Source: Pseudomonadota bacterium
GTDB taxonomy: Bacteria; Pseudomonadota; Gammaproteobacteria; Burkholderiales; Burkholderiaceae_D
Length of the DNA stretch: 52,665 nucleotides
Assembly: GCA_023389425.1 (NCBI GenBank)
Contig: JAEWEK010000069.1
Coordinates: 1 to 52,665 of the forward strand
Reading direction: 5' to 3'
Shown here: in pieces, positions 9,276 to 19,291 of the stretch
Position numbering within the stretch: position 1 is the stretch's first letter
Layout: each line of letters begins with the position of its first letter
The notes under the pieces: model-generated
Told to the model about the DNA's origin: nothing
Databases searched by the model: none
The model's input: only the letters and a program-made list of their open reading frames with translations
Program-made: the position numbers and the translations under genes

Positions 9276-10169
9276 CTATGCCGGTGTGGCCGCCTGGTCT
9301 TGCGTGTCCGCCTGCCGCGTGGCGCAATGCGGGCACGATTGCCCGTACACATACTCCGGCGCCAGCTGCTGGCGCGGCGTCACCACCGCGCGGCAAGCGA
9401 AGCACTGCACCGTTTCGGTCGGTTCCAGCTTGGGATTGAGGGCGGTGCGGTAGTCGAACACGAAGCAGTCGCCCTGGTAGTGCGCGCCGCCCACGTCCTC
9501 GAAATACTTGAGGATGCCACCGTCGAGCTGGTACACGCGCTCGTAGCCCATGTTCTTCATGTGGATCGCCGCTTTCTCGCAGCGGATGCCGCCGGTGCAG
9601 AAGGTCACCACGGTCTTGCCTGCCAGCTCGTCCTTGTGCTTTTCCACCTCGGCCGGAAAATCGCTGAACTTCTCGATGCGGTAGTCGAGCGTGCCCTCGA
9701 AGGTGCCGACGTCGACTTCAAAACCGTTGCGCGTTTCCATCATCACGACCGGCACGCCGTCGTCGTCGTGGCCCTGGTCCAGCCAGCGCTTGAGCGTCGT
9801 GGGATCGACGGCGGGCGCACGGCCCAGCTCCGGCTTGATGAGCGGCATGCGCATCGTGATGATTTCCTGCTTGATCTTCACGAGCATGCGCTTGTGCGAC
9901 TGTTCAGCCGACAGGCTTTCCTTCCATTGCAAGTCAGACAGGCGCGCGTCGCTGCGGACCCAGGCCAGGTAGGTGTCGACGTGCTCGCGCGTACCGGACA
10001 GAAACATGTTGATGCCTTCCGGCGTGAGCAACACGGTGCCTTTCAGGCCGAGCTCCTGGCACACCTGCTGGTATCGCGGGCGCAGCTCTTCCAGATTGTC
10101 GAGCGTAATGAATTTATAAGCGGCGATGTTGACGAAGTGCTCAGCGCCGTTGGCGTCGGGGGCGTTCAT
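9276..10169 (-). CDS. trhO: Rhodanese-related tRNA uridine(34) hydroxylase (YceA/TrhO family)
   Basis: [45 protein letters not shown] motifs. Confidence 0.88.
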   Translation of the reverse strand: MNAPDANGAEHFVNIAAYKFITLDNLEELRPRYQQVCQELGLKGTVLLTPEGINMFLSGTREHVDTYLAWVRSDARLSDLQWKESLSAEQSHKRMLVKIKQEIITMRMPLIKPELGRAPAVDPTTLKRWLDQGHDDDGVPVVMMETRNGFEVDVGTFEGTLDYRIEKFSDFPAEVEKHKDELAGKTVVTFCTGGIRCEKAAIHMKNMGYERVYQLDGGILKYFEDVGGAHYQGDCFVFDYRTALNPKLEPTETVQCFACRAVVTPRQQLAPEYVYGQSCPHCATRQADTQDQAATPA

Positions 10170-10237
10170 AAGGGCTAATCAGTGAAAATTTACAGCCGCC
10201 ATTATAGAACCTCCAGCCCCCGGCCGCCTTATGCCCG

Positions 10238-10363
10238 GTAGGGTGGGCACTCGTGCCCACGCGTGAAGCGTGAACCGTGGTGGCCGAGCCAACCCGGCGT
10301 CGAGAGCATGATTGGGCGAGCCAGCAGCGCGTATCACAGCGTGGGCACAAGTGCCCACCCTAC
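10238..10363. repeat. GTAG-type REP doublet (REPIN)
   Basis: GTAGGGTGGGCAC-TC-GTGCCCACGC and inverted GCGTGGGCAC-AA-GTGCCCACCCTAC, separated by a ~75-bp spacer. Confidence 0.88.
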
Positions 10364-10457
10364 CGCCCGATAGCCCAGTTCGGCTATTATGTGCGGGGCC
10401 TGCCGGAACCCGTCCGGCCAAATCCATTCAAACTCAAGAAAAATACCGACCCAGGTC

Positions 10458-11279
10458 ATGGAGTATCTCAAGCTTGCCGCGCAGGGCGTCGCCGACTATG
10501 GCTGGCGCATTATCTACGCGTCGATGATCCTGTCGTGCCTCGAGCTAGTGTTCGGGCGCAACCGCTATTCGCTCGCGTCGCGCCTGCGCGCGGCGGTATT
10601 CTGGGCCATCTACATTGCCATCACCGTGGCTGCGATGACGGCGTTCAACCTGCTGTGGGGGCGGCTCGGTGTCACGCCGCTGTTCAAGTTCAGCCTGGCC
10701 GCTTTCTCCGCCTCGCCGCACAAGTTCATCAACGTGCTCGGCTGGCTGGTCACGCCGGTGATCGCCGCGCTTGCCGGCGAATTCTTCTATTACTGGTTCC
10801 ATCGCGCGCAGCACACCTTCAAGTGGCTGTGGGTGTTCCATGCCGAGCACCATGCCTTGCGCGAAATGAGCGCGTGGAACAGCAACCACCACTTCTCCGA
10901 AGAGATCCTGCGCATCCCGTTTGTCATCATGCCGCTGACGCTGCTGGTGCAGGTCGATCCCGGCTACGTGCCGGCGATCGTGTGGCTGCTGATCGGGGTG
11001 CAAGGGCAGTACATCCATTCGCATACCCGCCTGAATCTCGGGCCGCTGCGCTACATCGTGGCCGACAACCGCTTCCACCGGATTCACCACTCGATCGAGC
11101 GCGAGCACTGGGACAAGAATTTCGGATCGTTCACCTCGGTCTGGGACACGGTGTTCGGCACCGCGCGCTTCCCGCGCCGCGACGAATGGCCGGATACCGG
11201 TATCGTCGAGCACGATGAAGCACGCACGCTGGGCGAGTTCCTGTTTCGTCCCTTCCGCAAGCTGTTCGCCAAGACTTGA
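10458..11279 (+). CDS. Sterol desaturase / fatty acid hydroxylase family membrane enzyme
   Basis: His boxes YWFHRAQH, HAEHH, HSH, HRIHH and NFG...WDTVFGT; likely start MEYLK at 10458. Confidence 0.88.
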   Translation: MEYLKLAAQGVADYGWRIIYASMILSCLELVFGRNRYSLASRLRAAVFWAIYIAITVAAMTAFNLLWGRLGVTPLFKFSLAAFSASPHKFINVLGWLVTPVIAALAGEFFYYWFHRAQHTFKWLWVFHAEHHALREMSAWNSNHHFSEEILRIPFVIMPLTLLVQVDPGYVPAIVWLLIGVQGQYIHSHTRLNLGPLRYIVADNRFHRIHHSIEREHWDKNFGSFTSVWDTVFGTARFPRRDEWPDTGIVEHDEARTLGEFLFRPFRKLFAKT

Positions 11280-11285
11280 GGCCAG

Positions 11286-12395
11286 ATGAAGTCACTGAAC
11301 ATCGCCTACAACCCGCGTATCGACCAGCTGCGCTGGCTCGCGGCGACCATCGTGTTCCTGTTCCACTTCCAGCTCGAGTACCGCGGGGCTGGCGGCACAT
11401 GGCCCGACAAGCCCTGGATGGGGCTGATTAACGAGGGCCATACCGGCGTCGGCCTGTTCTTCACGCTGTCGGGCTTTTTGTTCATGCAGATCGCGCTGGT
11501 GCAGCAGCAGATCGTCTACCGCGACTTCCTGCGCAACCGCGTGCTGCGCATCGTCCCGCTGTTCCTGACCATCTTCCTGGTCGCCACCTCGATCGGCCGC
11601 GACAAATTCCAGCCGCAGGACCTGCTGTACTTCTTCGCGACCAACCTCGGCCTCGCGCCCACCTCCGGCACCGTGATCACCGGCGCGGCCTGGACCATTT
11701 CGGTCGAATTCATGTTCTACCTGGTGTTCCCCTTCCTCGCGCGCTTCGCTCTGGAGCGCGGCGTCGGCTACCTCGGGCGCCTGCTGGTGCTGATGGTGTT
11801 CTTCAAGCTGGCCGCGTACACGGTCAACGACAACAGTACGCTGATGTACTTCAGCACCTTCGTCGGCCGCTTCGACCAGTTCCTGATCGGGATGGCGGCC
11901 GCGATGCTGCTGCAGTCGCGCCGCGCGCTGGCGGAACGCCACGCGCCCTGGCTGCTGGCGCTGGCCGCCGCTGCCGTGGTTGGCGCCACCGGCTGGATGC
12001 ACACCGTCGCTCCCTTCGGCGCCACGCCCAAGTCCTCGTTCTGGATCTCCTGGTCGCTGCTGGAAAGCGGCGTGTGGGCTTTCTTCATCGTGGCCTGGGT
12101 CTCGTTCGGCCCGCGCATGCCGGCGCTGCTGGAACGCGCGCTGAGCCAGGGCGGCAAAGTCAGCTTCTCGTTCTACCTGCTGCACATGGGCGTGCTGCAC
12201 CTGCTGGCCGTGAAGGCGGGGCTGCTGCATCCGACCGGCCTGGCCTGGCTCGACGCCGCCATCATGCTGGCAGCCGCGTACGGCATCACCTGGGCGCTGG
12301 CGACCATCAGCTACAACACGATCGAGGAACCGTTCCTGCGCATGCGCCGCAGCTACGGTACGAAGGCGGCCGCGCAAACTTCTCTGGCCGGCTGA
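11286..12395 (+). CDS. Acyltransferase family 3 (OafA/YrhL-like membrane O-acyltransferase)
   Basis: IDQLRWLAA...H, GVGLFFTLSGF, RNRVLRIVP, WTISVEFMFY, SFSFYLLH, IEEPF. Confidence 0.9.
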   Translation: MKSLNIAYNPRIDQLRWLAATIVFLFHFQLEYRGAGGTWPDKPWMGLINEGHTGVGLFFTLSGFLFMQIALVQQQIVYRDFLRNRVLRIVPLFLTIFLVATSIGRDKFQPQDLLYFFATNLGLAPTSGTVITGAAWTISVEFMFYLVFPFLARFALERGVGYLGRLLVLMVFFKLAAYTVNDNSTLMYFSTFVGRFDQFLIGMAAAMLLQSRRALAERHAPWLLALAAAAVVGATGWMHTVAPFGATPKSSFWISWSLLESGVWAFFIVAWVSFGPRMPALLERALSQGGKVSFSFYLLHMGVLHLLAVKAGLLHPTGLAWLDAAIMLAAAYGITWALATISYNTIEEPFLRMRRSYGTKAAAQTSLAG

Positions 12396-12449
12396 GGGTT
12401 CAGCGCCTGTAGCGGCTTGGTCGAAAAAGTAAAGCCGCAGGACTGGTTG

Positions 12450-12483
12450 CTCAGCATGGGTCTCCGCCTGCGCGGGGACGACG
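12450..12483 (-). repeat. Single CGTC-type REP
   Basis: CTCAGCATGGGTCTCCGCCTGCGCGGGGACGACG; same family as the 8319 and 16111 copies. Confidence 0.8.
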
Positions 12484-12584
12484 TTTTTGCTAACAAATCA
12501 GAAATGTGGGCGCTTGTGCGTGCACGCCCGTTTTGCGTACAACGGCCCCCTCCGATCCGCGTCGCGACAAGGTAAAATGCCCGG

Positions 12585-15500
12585 ATGACTTCCCCGACCT
12601 TCACCCACCTGCGCGTACACACCGAGTATTCGATCGTCGATGGCCTGGTGCGGCTGGACGACCTCGTCGCCGCCGCCGCCAAGGACCAGCAACCGGCGCT
12701 CGCGGTCACCGACCTGGCCAATATGTTCTGCATGGTCCGGTTCTACAAGGCGGCGCGCGGCAAAGGTATCAAGCCGGTGGTCGGGGTCGACGCCTGGATC
12801 ACCAACGACGACAATCGCGACAAACCCTTCCGCCTGCTGATCCTGGCCAAGAACCGCACCGGCTACCTGCAGCTGTGCGAGCTGCTGTCCAAGGCCTGGC
12901 TCACCAACCAGTACAAGGGCCGCGCCGAGATCCGCGTCGAATGGCTGGAGGCGCTCGCCACCAGCACCTCGACGCTGGAACCGGAAGTCGACCAGGCCAA
13001 CGCGCTGATCGTGCTGTCCGGCGCCCACTTCGGCGACGTCGGCCAGGCCATCGACAACGGCGACCTCGACAAAGCCGAGCGGCTTGCTGCGCGCTGGGCG
13101 CAGATCTTCCCGCGCCACTTCTACATCGAGATCCAGCGCGCCGGCCAGCCGAACCAGGAACAGCAGGTGCGCCAATCGGTCGCATTGGCCGGCCGCCTCG
13201 GCCTGCCGGTGGTCGCCACCCATCCGGTCGAATTCATCAATAAGGACGAATTCATCGCCCACGAAGCCCGCGTCTGCATCGCCGAAGGCGAGATGCTGGC
13301 CAACGCCAAGCGCGTGCGCCGCTTCAACGAGGGCATGTGCTTCAAGACCCAGGCCGAGATGGCCGAGCTGTTCGCCGACCTGCCGGGCGCGCTCGCCAAC
13401 TCCGTCGAAATCGCCAAGCGCTGCAACGTCGAACTGGTGCTGGGCAAGCCGCAGCTGCCGAACTTCCCGACCCCGGGCATGACCATCGACGAATTCCTGG
13501 TCGCCGAAACGAAGAAGGGCCTGGAAGAGCGCCTGCTGCAGCTGTTCCCCGATCCCGCCAGACGCGAGCAGGAACGCCCGCGCTACGAAGCCCGCCTCGA
13601 GTTCGAGAACCAGACCATCATCAAGATGAAGTTCCCGGGCTACGTCCTGATCGTGGCGGAGTTCATCCAGTGGGGTAAGAACAACGGCGTGCCGATCGGC
13701 CCCGGCCGCGGCTCGGGCGCGGGCTCGCTGGTGGCGTATGCGCTGAAGATCACCGACCTCGATCCGCTGCGCTACAACCTGCTGTTCGAGCGCTTCCTGA
13801 ACCCGGAGCGTGTGTCGATGCCCGACTTCGACATCGACTTCTGCCAGGAGAAGCGCGAACTGGTGATCCAGCACGTGAAGGACCTGTACGGCCGCGACGC
13901 GGTGTCGCAGATCGCCACCTTCGGCACCATGGCCGCGAAGGGCGCGATCCGCGACGTCGGCCGCGTGCTCGATTTCGGCTACAACTTCTGCGACGGCATC
14001 TCCAAGCTGATCCCGTTCAAGCCGGGCAAGCAGGTGTCAATCGCGGAAGCCATCGAAGAAGAACCGCAGCTCAAGGAGCGCCTCGAGAACGAGGAAGAGG
14101 TCAAGACCCTGCTCGACCTCGCGCAGCAGGTCGAAGGCATCACCCGCAACATCGGCATGCACGCCGGCGGCGTGCTGATCGCGCCGGGCAAGCTCACCGA
14201 TTTCTGCCCGCTGTACACGCAGTCCGGCGACTCCGGCGTGGTGTCGCAGTACGACAAGGACGACGTCGAAGCCGTCGGCCTGGTGAAGTTCGACTTCCTG
14301 GGCCTGACCACGCTGACCATCCTCGACCGCGCCGTCAATTACATCAAGGAGCTGGATCCGGCCGAGAAGGAATTCGACCTGGCCGCCCTGCCGCTCGACG
14401 ACCGCGCCGCGTACAAGCTGCTGACCGAAGCGAAGACCGTCGCCATCTTCCAGCTTGAATCGCGCGGCATGCAGGGCATGCTGAAGGACGCGCGCCCCGA
14501 CCGCTTCGAGGACATCATCGCGCTGGTGGCGCTGTACCGTCCGGGCCCGATGGACCTCATCCCGGACTTCTGCAAGCGCAAGCACGGCGAGAAGTTCGAC
14601 TATCCTGACCCGCGCACCGAGGGCATCCTGTCCGAGACCTACGGCATCATGGTCTACCAGGAGCAGGTGATGCAGATGGCGCAGATCATCGGCGGCTACT
14701 CGCTCGGCGGCGCGGACATGCTGCGCCGCGCGATGGGCAAGAAGAAGGCCGAGGAGATGGCCGAGCATCGCGAGATCTTCCGCAAGGGCGCGGCCGAGGG
14801 CGGCCTGACGACCGAGAAGGCCGACGAGATCTTCGACCTGATGGAGAAGTTCGCGGGCTACGGCTTCAACAAATCGCACGCGGCCGCGTATGCGCTGCTG
14901 TCGTACCACACGGCCTATCTCAAGGTCCACCACACCGCCGCGTTCATGGCAGCCAACATGTCGCTGGCCATGGAAGACACTGACAAGATCAAGATCCTGG
15001 TCGAGGATTCGACCGGTGTGTGCGGCCTGACCATCTTGCCGCCGGACGTGAACGAATCGCAGTTCCGCTTCACGCCGGAAGGCCCGCCGAAGTCGGTCAC
15101 CGGCAAGCAGGTGAAGAACATCCGCTATGGCCTGGGCGGCGTGAAGGGCGCGGGGCAGGGCGCGATCGAGGCCATCATCGCGGCGCGCGAGAGCGGCGGC
15201 AAGTTCAAGGACCTGTTCGACTTCTGCAAGCGCGTGGACCGCAAGCAGATCAACCGCCGCACCATCGAGTCGCTGATCCGCGCCGGCGCCATGGACTGCT
15301 TCGGCGTCGACCGCGCGGTGCTGATCGCGTCGGTGGCGTTCGCGGTGGAGGTGGCGGACCAGGCGGCGGCATCGGCCAACCAGGTCAGCCTGTTCGGCGG
15401 CGACGACAGCGACCTCGTGGCGCCGCCGGAGTACGTGAAGGCGACCCCGTGGACCGACCGCCAGAAGCTGTCGGAAGAAAAGACGGCGCTGGGCTATTAC

Positions 15501-16079
15501 CTGTCGGGCCACATGTTCGATTCGTACGAGGCCGAGGTGCGGCGCTTCGCCAAGACCAAGCTGTCGTCGCTGGAACCGTCGCGCGAGCCGCGCATGCTGT
15601 GCGGCGTGATCACGGGCCTGCGTCCGCAGATGACCCAGCGCGGCAAGATCCTGATCGTCACACTGGACGACAAGACGGCGGTGCAGGAAGTGACCGTGTA
15701 CAGCGAGCTGTTCGAGCAGTGCAAGCACATGTTCAAGGAAGACGAGTTCCTGCTCGTGGTGGGCAAGGTGTCGGAAGACCGCTTCAACGGCGGCGTGCGG
15801 GTGACGGTGGAGAAGGCCTACGGCATCGCCGAGGCGCGCATCCAGTACGGGCACAAGCTGGAGATGGATATCGACTGCGCGGTCGATCCCGGCAAGCTGG
15901 CGGAAGTGCTGCAGCCGTATCGCGTGAACGATGGCCTGCCGGTCAGCCTGCGCATGAAGCCGCAAGGGATCGACTGCACGCTGCAGCTGGGCGACGAATG
16001 GCGCGTGGCGCCGGGCGATGCGCTCAAGCTGGCGCTGGAACAGAACCTGGGGGCGAAGGACGTGGCGGTCGAGTATTGA
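12585..16079 (+). CDS. dnaE: DNA polymerase III alpha subunit
   Basis: PHP domain HLRVHTEYSIVDG, GPGRGSGAGSL, RVSMPDFDIDF, GLVKFDFLGL, FAGYGFNKSHAAAY. Confidence 0.98.
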   Translation: MTSPTFTHLRVHTEYSIVDGLVRLDDLVAAAAKDQQPALAVTDLANMFCMVRFYKAARGKGIKPVVGVDAWITNDDNRDKPFRLLILAKNRTGYLQLCELLSKAWLTNQYKGRAEIRVEWLEALATSTSTLEPEVDQANALIVLSGAHFGDVGQAIDNGDLDKAERLAARWAQIFPRHFYIEIQRAGQPNQEQQVRQSVALAGRLGLPVVATHPVEFINKDEFIAHEARVCIAEGEMLANAKRVRRFNEGMCFKTQAEMAELFADLPGALANSVEIAKRCNVELVLGKPQLPNFPTPGMTIDEFLVAETKKGLEERLLQLFPDPARREQERPRYEARLEFENQTIIKMKFPGYVLIVAEFIQWGKNNGVPIGPGRGSGAGSLVAYALKITDLDPLRYNLLFERFLNPERVSMPDFDIDFCQEKRELVIQHVKDLYGRDAVSQIATFGTMAAKGAIRDVGRVLDFGYNFCDGISKLIPFKPGKQVSIAEAIEEEPQLKERLENEEEVKTLLDLAQQVEGITRNIGMHAGGVLIAPGKLTDFCPLYTQSGDSGVVSQYDKDDVEAVGLVKFDFLGLTTLTILDRAVNYIKELDPAEKEFDLAALPLDDRAAYKLLTEAKTVAIFQLESRGMQGMLKDARPDRFEDIIALVALYRPGPMDLIPDFCKRKHGEKFDYPDPRTEGILSETYGIMVYQEQVMQMAQIIGGYSLGGADMLRRAMGKKKAEEMAEHREIFRKGAAEGGLTTEKADEIFDLMEKFAGYGFNKSHAAAYALLSYHTAYLKVHHTAAFMAANMSLAMEDTDKIKILVEDSTGVCGLTILPPDVNESQFRFTPEGPPKSVTGKQVKNIRYGLGGVKGAGQGAIEAIIAARESGGKFKDLFDFCKRVDRKQINRRTIESLIRAGAMDCFGVDRAVLIASVAFAVEVADQAAASANQVSLFGGDDSDLVAPPEYVKATPWTDRQKLSEEKTALGYYLSGHMFDSYEAEVRRFAKTKLSSLEPSREPRMLCGVITGLRPQMTQRGKILIVTLDDKTAVQEVTVYSELFEQCKHMFKEDEFLLVVGKVSEDRFNGGVRVTVEKAYGIAEARIQYGHKLEMDIDCAVDPGKLAEVLQPYRVNDGLPVSLRMKPQGIDCTLQLGDEWRVAPGDALKLALEQNLGAKDVAVEY

Positions 16080-16110
16080 TCGCTTCGCTCATTGCCCCTG
16101 CACGCAAAAC

Positions 16111-16220
16111 CGTCGTCCCGGCGCAGGCCGGGACCTATAGACCGTTTGGACACTCGCACCATCATTGTGGCCGCGAACGGATCAAACTCAGCATGGATCC
16201 CGGCCTTCGCCGGGACGACG
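16111..16220. repeat. CGTC-type REP doublet between convergent dnaE and MFS genes
   Basis: CGTCGTCCCGGCGCAGGCCGGGACC ... CTCAGCATGGATCCCGGCCTTCGCCGGGACGACG. Confidence 0.88.
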
Positions 16221-16243
16221 TTGTTTTAGGTTGCGGATGAACG

Positions 16244-17410
16244 TCAGGCCAACGCTTCCTGCTGCCGCCGCACATCCACCGCCATCAGCAGCGCAATCAT
16301 CAGCCCCGACAAAGCCAGCATCCCTGCCACCCACTGCGGCGCCACATACGAATACCCCAGCGTCAGCGGAATCCCGCCCAAGAACGCCCCAGCCGCATTG
16401 CCAATATTGAATCCCGACTGCCCCAGCGAGGATCCCAGCATCTCCGCTTCCTCGGCATGCCCGATCAGCAGCATCTGTATCGGCGGCCCCATGGCCAGCG
16501 CATTGGCGCCGGTCAGGAAGGCCAGCACCACCATGGCCGGCGGCGACCACGCCAGCATGCCGTTCGCGAACAGCAGCAGCGCCATCGACACCAGCAGGAT
16601 AGTCACCGCCGACAGCGGCGCCACGCGGTCCGCCAGCCGGCCGCCCATCACTACGCCAAAGGTCATGCCGATGCCGACCACGGTCATCATCAAGGGGATC
16701 GCCCCCGGCGAAAAGTGTGTGACCTCGGTCAGCAGCGGCGCGATATAGCTGAACCAGGCAAAGAAGCCGCCGGTGCCGATCGCCGTGATCGCCAGCGCCA
16801 GCCACAGGCCGCGGCGCCGGAAGATCCTCAGGTCCTGCGCGAAGCTGCCCGACTGGCGCGCCTCGAAGCGCGGCACCAGCTTGTGCAGCGCCAGCGCGGT
16901 GGCCAGGCCGATCATCGCCACGATCAGGAACACCAGCCGCCAGCTGAGCGCGTGGCCGAGCCAGGTCCCGAGCGGCACGCCCAGCACATTGGCGACGGTG
17001 AGGCCGGTGAACATGGTGGCCACCGCCACCGCCGTCTTGCCTTCGTCCGCCAGCCGGCTGGCGACGACCGCGCCGACGCCGAAGAAAGCGCCGTGCGGCA
17101 GACCTGCCAGGAAGCGGCACACCAGCATGACGTGGAAGTTGGGCGAAAACGCGGACAGCGCGTTAAACAGCGCGAACATCAGCATGAAGCCGACCAGCAC
17201 CTGCCGCGGCGGACGCCGCGCGCACAGGCTGACCAGCGTCGGCGCGCCCACCACGACGCCGAGCGCGTAAGCCGTAATCAGGTAGCCCGCTTGCGGAATC
17301 GTGATCCGCAGGCCGCTGGCGATATCGGGGAGGATGCCCATCATGACGAATTCGGTCATGCCGATGCCGAAACCGCCGAGGGCGAGGGGGACGAGACTTT
17401 TCTTGATCAA
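16244..17410 (-). CDS. MFS transporter, DHA1/AraJ-like
   Basis: LALGGFGIGMTEFVMMGILP, RFLAGLPHGAFFG, GLTVANVLGVPLG; about 12 TM segments; TTG start. Confidence 0.9.
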   Translation of the reverse strand: MIKKSLVPLALGGFGIGMTEFVMMGILPDIASGLRITIPQAGYLITAYALGVVVGAPTLVSLCARRPPRQVLVGFMLMFALFNALSAFSPNFHVMLVCRFLAGLPHGAFFGVGAVVASRLADEGKTAVAVATMFTGLTVANVLGVPLGTWLGHALSWRLVFLIVAMIGLATALALHKLVPRFEARQSGSFAQDLRIFRRRGLWLALAITAIGTGGFFAWFSYIAPLLTEVTHFSPGAIPLMMTVVGIGMTFGVVMGGRLADRVAPLSAVTILLVSMALLLFANGMLAWSPPAMVVLAFLTGANALAMGPPIQMLLIGHAEEAEMLGSSLGQSGFNIGNAAGAFLGGIPLTLGYSYVAPQWVAGMLALSGLMIALLMAVDVRRQQEALA

Positions 17411-17514
17411 TGGTGTTCCGGTGGCCGCGATGGAGAACCGGCCACTATAGCCGGGCGCGCGGCGGCTGTCCGCTTTCGCGTGGTGATGCCTGACATTCGC
17501 GCCGCTGATTGCCC

Positions 17515-19170
17515 TTAACGCAAGTCCTGGCTGGAAAGGGCAGTCACCTTGGCCAGCAGCGCGTGCATCGGGAAGGGCTTGGTCAGCAGCTCCATCTGCG
17601 CGGGCAGCGATTCGTGCTTCATCACCGTGGTCTCGGCGTAGCCGGTCACCAGCAGCACCGGCAGCTGCGGCAGCTGGCTGCGCATGATGTCGGCCAGCTG
17701 GCGCCCGCTCATCCCGCCCGGCAGGCCGATGTCGGTCACCAGCAGGTCGGGCGCCGGGCCGTGCTGCAGCTGGCGCAGCGCGGCATGGGCGTCGGCCGCC
17801 TGCTGCACGGTGTAGCCATGCATTTCCAGCAGCTCGGCCATCACGGCGCGGATGCTGTCCTCGTCGTCGACCACCATGACCCGGCCTTTGCCGCGCGCGC
17901 CATCGTCGCCGGCGCCGCAGGTTTCCGGCTGCCGCGCCAGCGCCTCGCAGCGGGGCAGCATGATGCGCACGACGGTGCCGCTGCCCGCCGCCGACTGGAT
18001 GCGCACGTGGCCGTGCGACTGGCTGGCGAAGCCGTACACCATCGACAGGCCCAGGCCCGTCCCCTGGCCCAGCGGCTTGGTGGTGAAGAAGGGATCGAAG
18101 GCGCGCGCCACTACGTCCGGCGTCATGCCGGCGCCGCTGTCGCTGACGGTGATGAGCACATGCTCGCCCGCCTGCAGCCCCGGATGCCGCGACGCGTCCG
18201 TCGCGTCGAGTGTGACGTTGGCGGTCTCGATGCGCAGCGTGCCGCCGTCGGGCATGGCGTCGCGCGCATTGTTGGCCAGGTTGAGCAGGGCGTTTTCGAG
18301 CTGCTTGGGATCGCAGAACACCGTCCAGGCATCGGGCGCAAGCTCGGTCTCGAGCCGGATAGCCGGGCCGGCGGCGTGCCCGGCCAGGTCTGCCATTGAC
18401 AGCACCATGGCATTGACGTCGGTCGGCCTGGGGTCGAGCGCCTGGCGCCGCGAGAACGACAGCAGGCGGTGCGTCAGCGATGCGGCGCGCCGGGTCGCGC
18501 CGAGCGCGGTCTCGATGCGCTCGTCCAGGCCGCCGGTCTGGCCCATCTTCAGGCGCAGCTTCATCAGCTCGAGATGGCCGGCCACGCCGGCCAGCATATT
18601 GTTGAAGTCATGCGCGAGGCCGCCGGTCAGCTGGCCCACCGCTTCCATCTTCTGCGCCTGGCGCAGCGCATCCTCGGCCTGCCGCAGCGCCAGCGCCTGC
18701 ACCTTGTCGGTGGTCTCGACCACCGTGCACAGGATGCCGCCCACCGCGCCCGCTTCGTCGCGCACCGGGCTGTACGAAAAGGTGAACCACGCCTGCTCCG
18801 GATAGCCGTGGCGCCGCAGCGCGATCGGCATGTCCTCGAAAAAGCTGGCTTCTCCCGCCAGCGCGCGGCGCGCGATCGGGCCGACCCGGTCCCAGGCATC
18901 GGACCACACCGTGCTGAACGGCCGGCCCAGCGCTTTCTTCCCGCCCAGGAGCGGCGCATAGGCGTCGTTGTAGAACGAGAGGAGATCCGGCCCCCAGCAC
19001 AGGTAGCCGGGGAAGCCGGAATTGAGCGTCATCGACAGCGCCGTGCGCAGCGATGCCGGCCAGTTGTCGATCGGTCCCAGGGGAGTGGCCGACCAGTCGT
19101 GCGCGGCGATGTGCGCCGCCATGGTTCCGCCGCCTGTCAAGAAATGCAGGCCTGACTTCACAGCATCCAT
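17515..19170 (-). CDS. Hybrid sensor histidine kinase (PAS-HisKA-HATPase-REC)
   Basis: DWSATPLGP N-cap, PAS, H-box GGLAHDFNNML, NARDAM, PFFTTKPLGQGTGLGL, receiver VVDDE...TDIGLPG...KPF. Confidence 0.93.
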   Translation of the reverse strand: MDAVKSGLHFLTGGGTMAAHIAAHDWSATPLGPIDNWPASLRTALSMTLNSGFPGYLCWGPDLLSFYNDAYAPLLGGKKALGRPFSTVWSDAWDRVGPIARRALAGEASFFEDMPIALRRHGYPEQAWFTFSYSPVRDEAGAVGGILCTVVETTDKVQALALRQAEDALRQAQKMEAVGQLTGGLAHDFNNMLAGVAGHLELMKLRLKMGQTGGLDERIETALGATRRAASLTHRLLSFSRRQALDPRPTDVNAMVLSMADLAGHAAGPAIRLETELAPDAWTVFCDPKQLENALLNLANNARDAMPDGGTLRIETANVTLDATDASRHPGLQAGEHVLITVSDSGAGMTPDVVARAFDPFFTTKPLGQGTGLGLSMVYGFASQSHGHVRIQSAAGSGTVVRIMLPRCEALARQPETCGAGDDGARGKGRVMVVDDEDSIRAVMAELLEMHGYTVQQAADAHAALRQLQHGPAPDLLVTDIGLPGGMSGRQLADIMRSQLPQLPVLLVTGYAETTVMKHESLPAQMELLTKPFPMHALLAKVTALSSQDLR

Positions 19171-19291
19171 CTAAATCCTGTCCAGCAAAAACAGGCCGGT
19201 CTATCGCTCGCCGGATAGCCGCGGCACTTCCAAATCGCCCAGTATCGGCAATTTCAGAAATGCAAGGCGCACGATTGATATATCACTGTGC

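Noticed and set aside
12585..16079. Intein or split in dnaE
   Set aside because: Normal length (1164 aa), continuous motifs, no intein signature
19274..19287. FNR-like site TTGATATATCAC upstream of the histidine kinase
   Set aside because: The spacer is 2 nt rather than 4 and one half-site is imperfect
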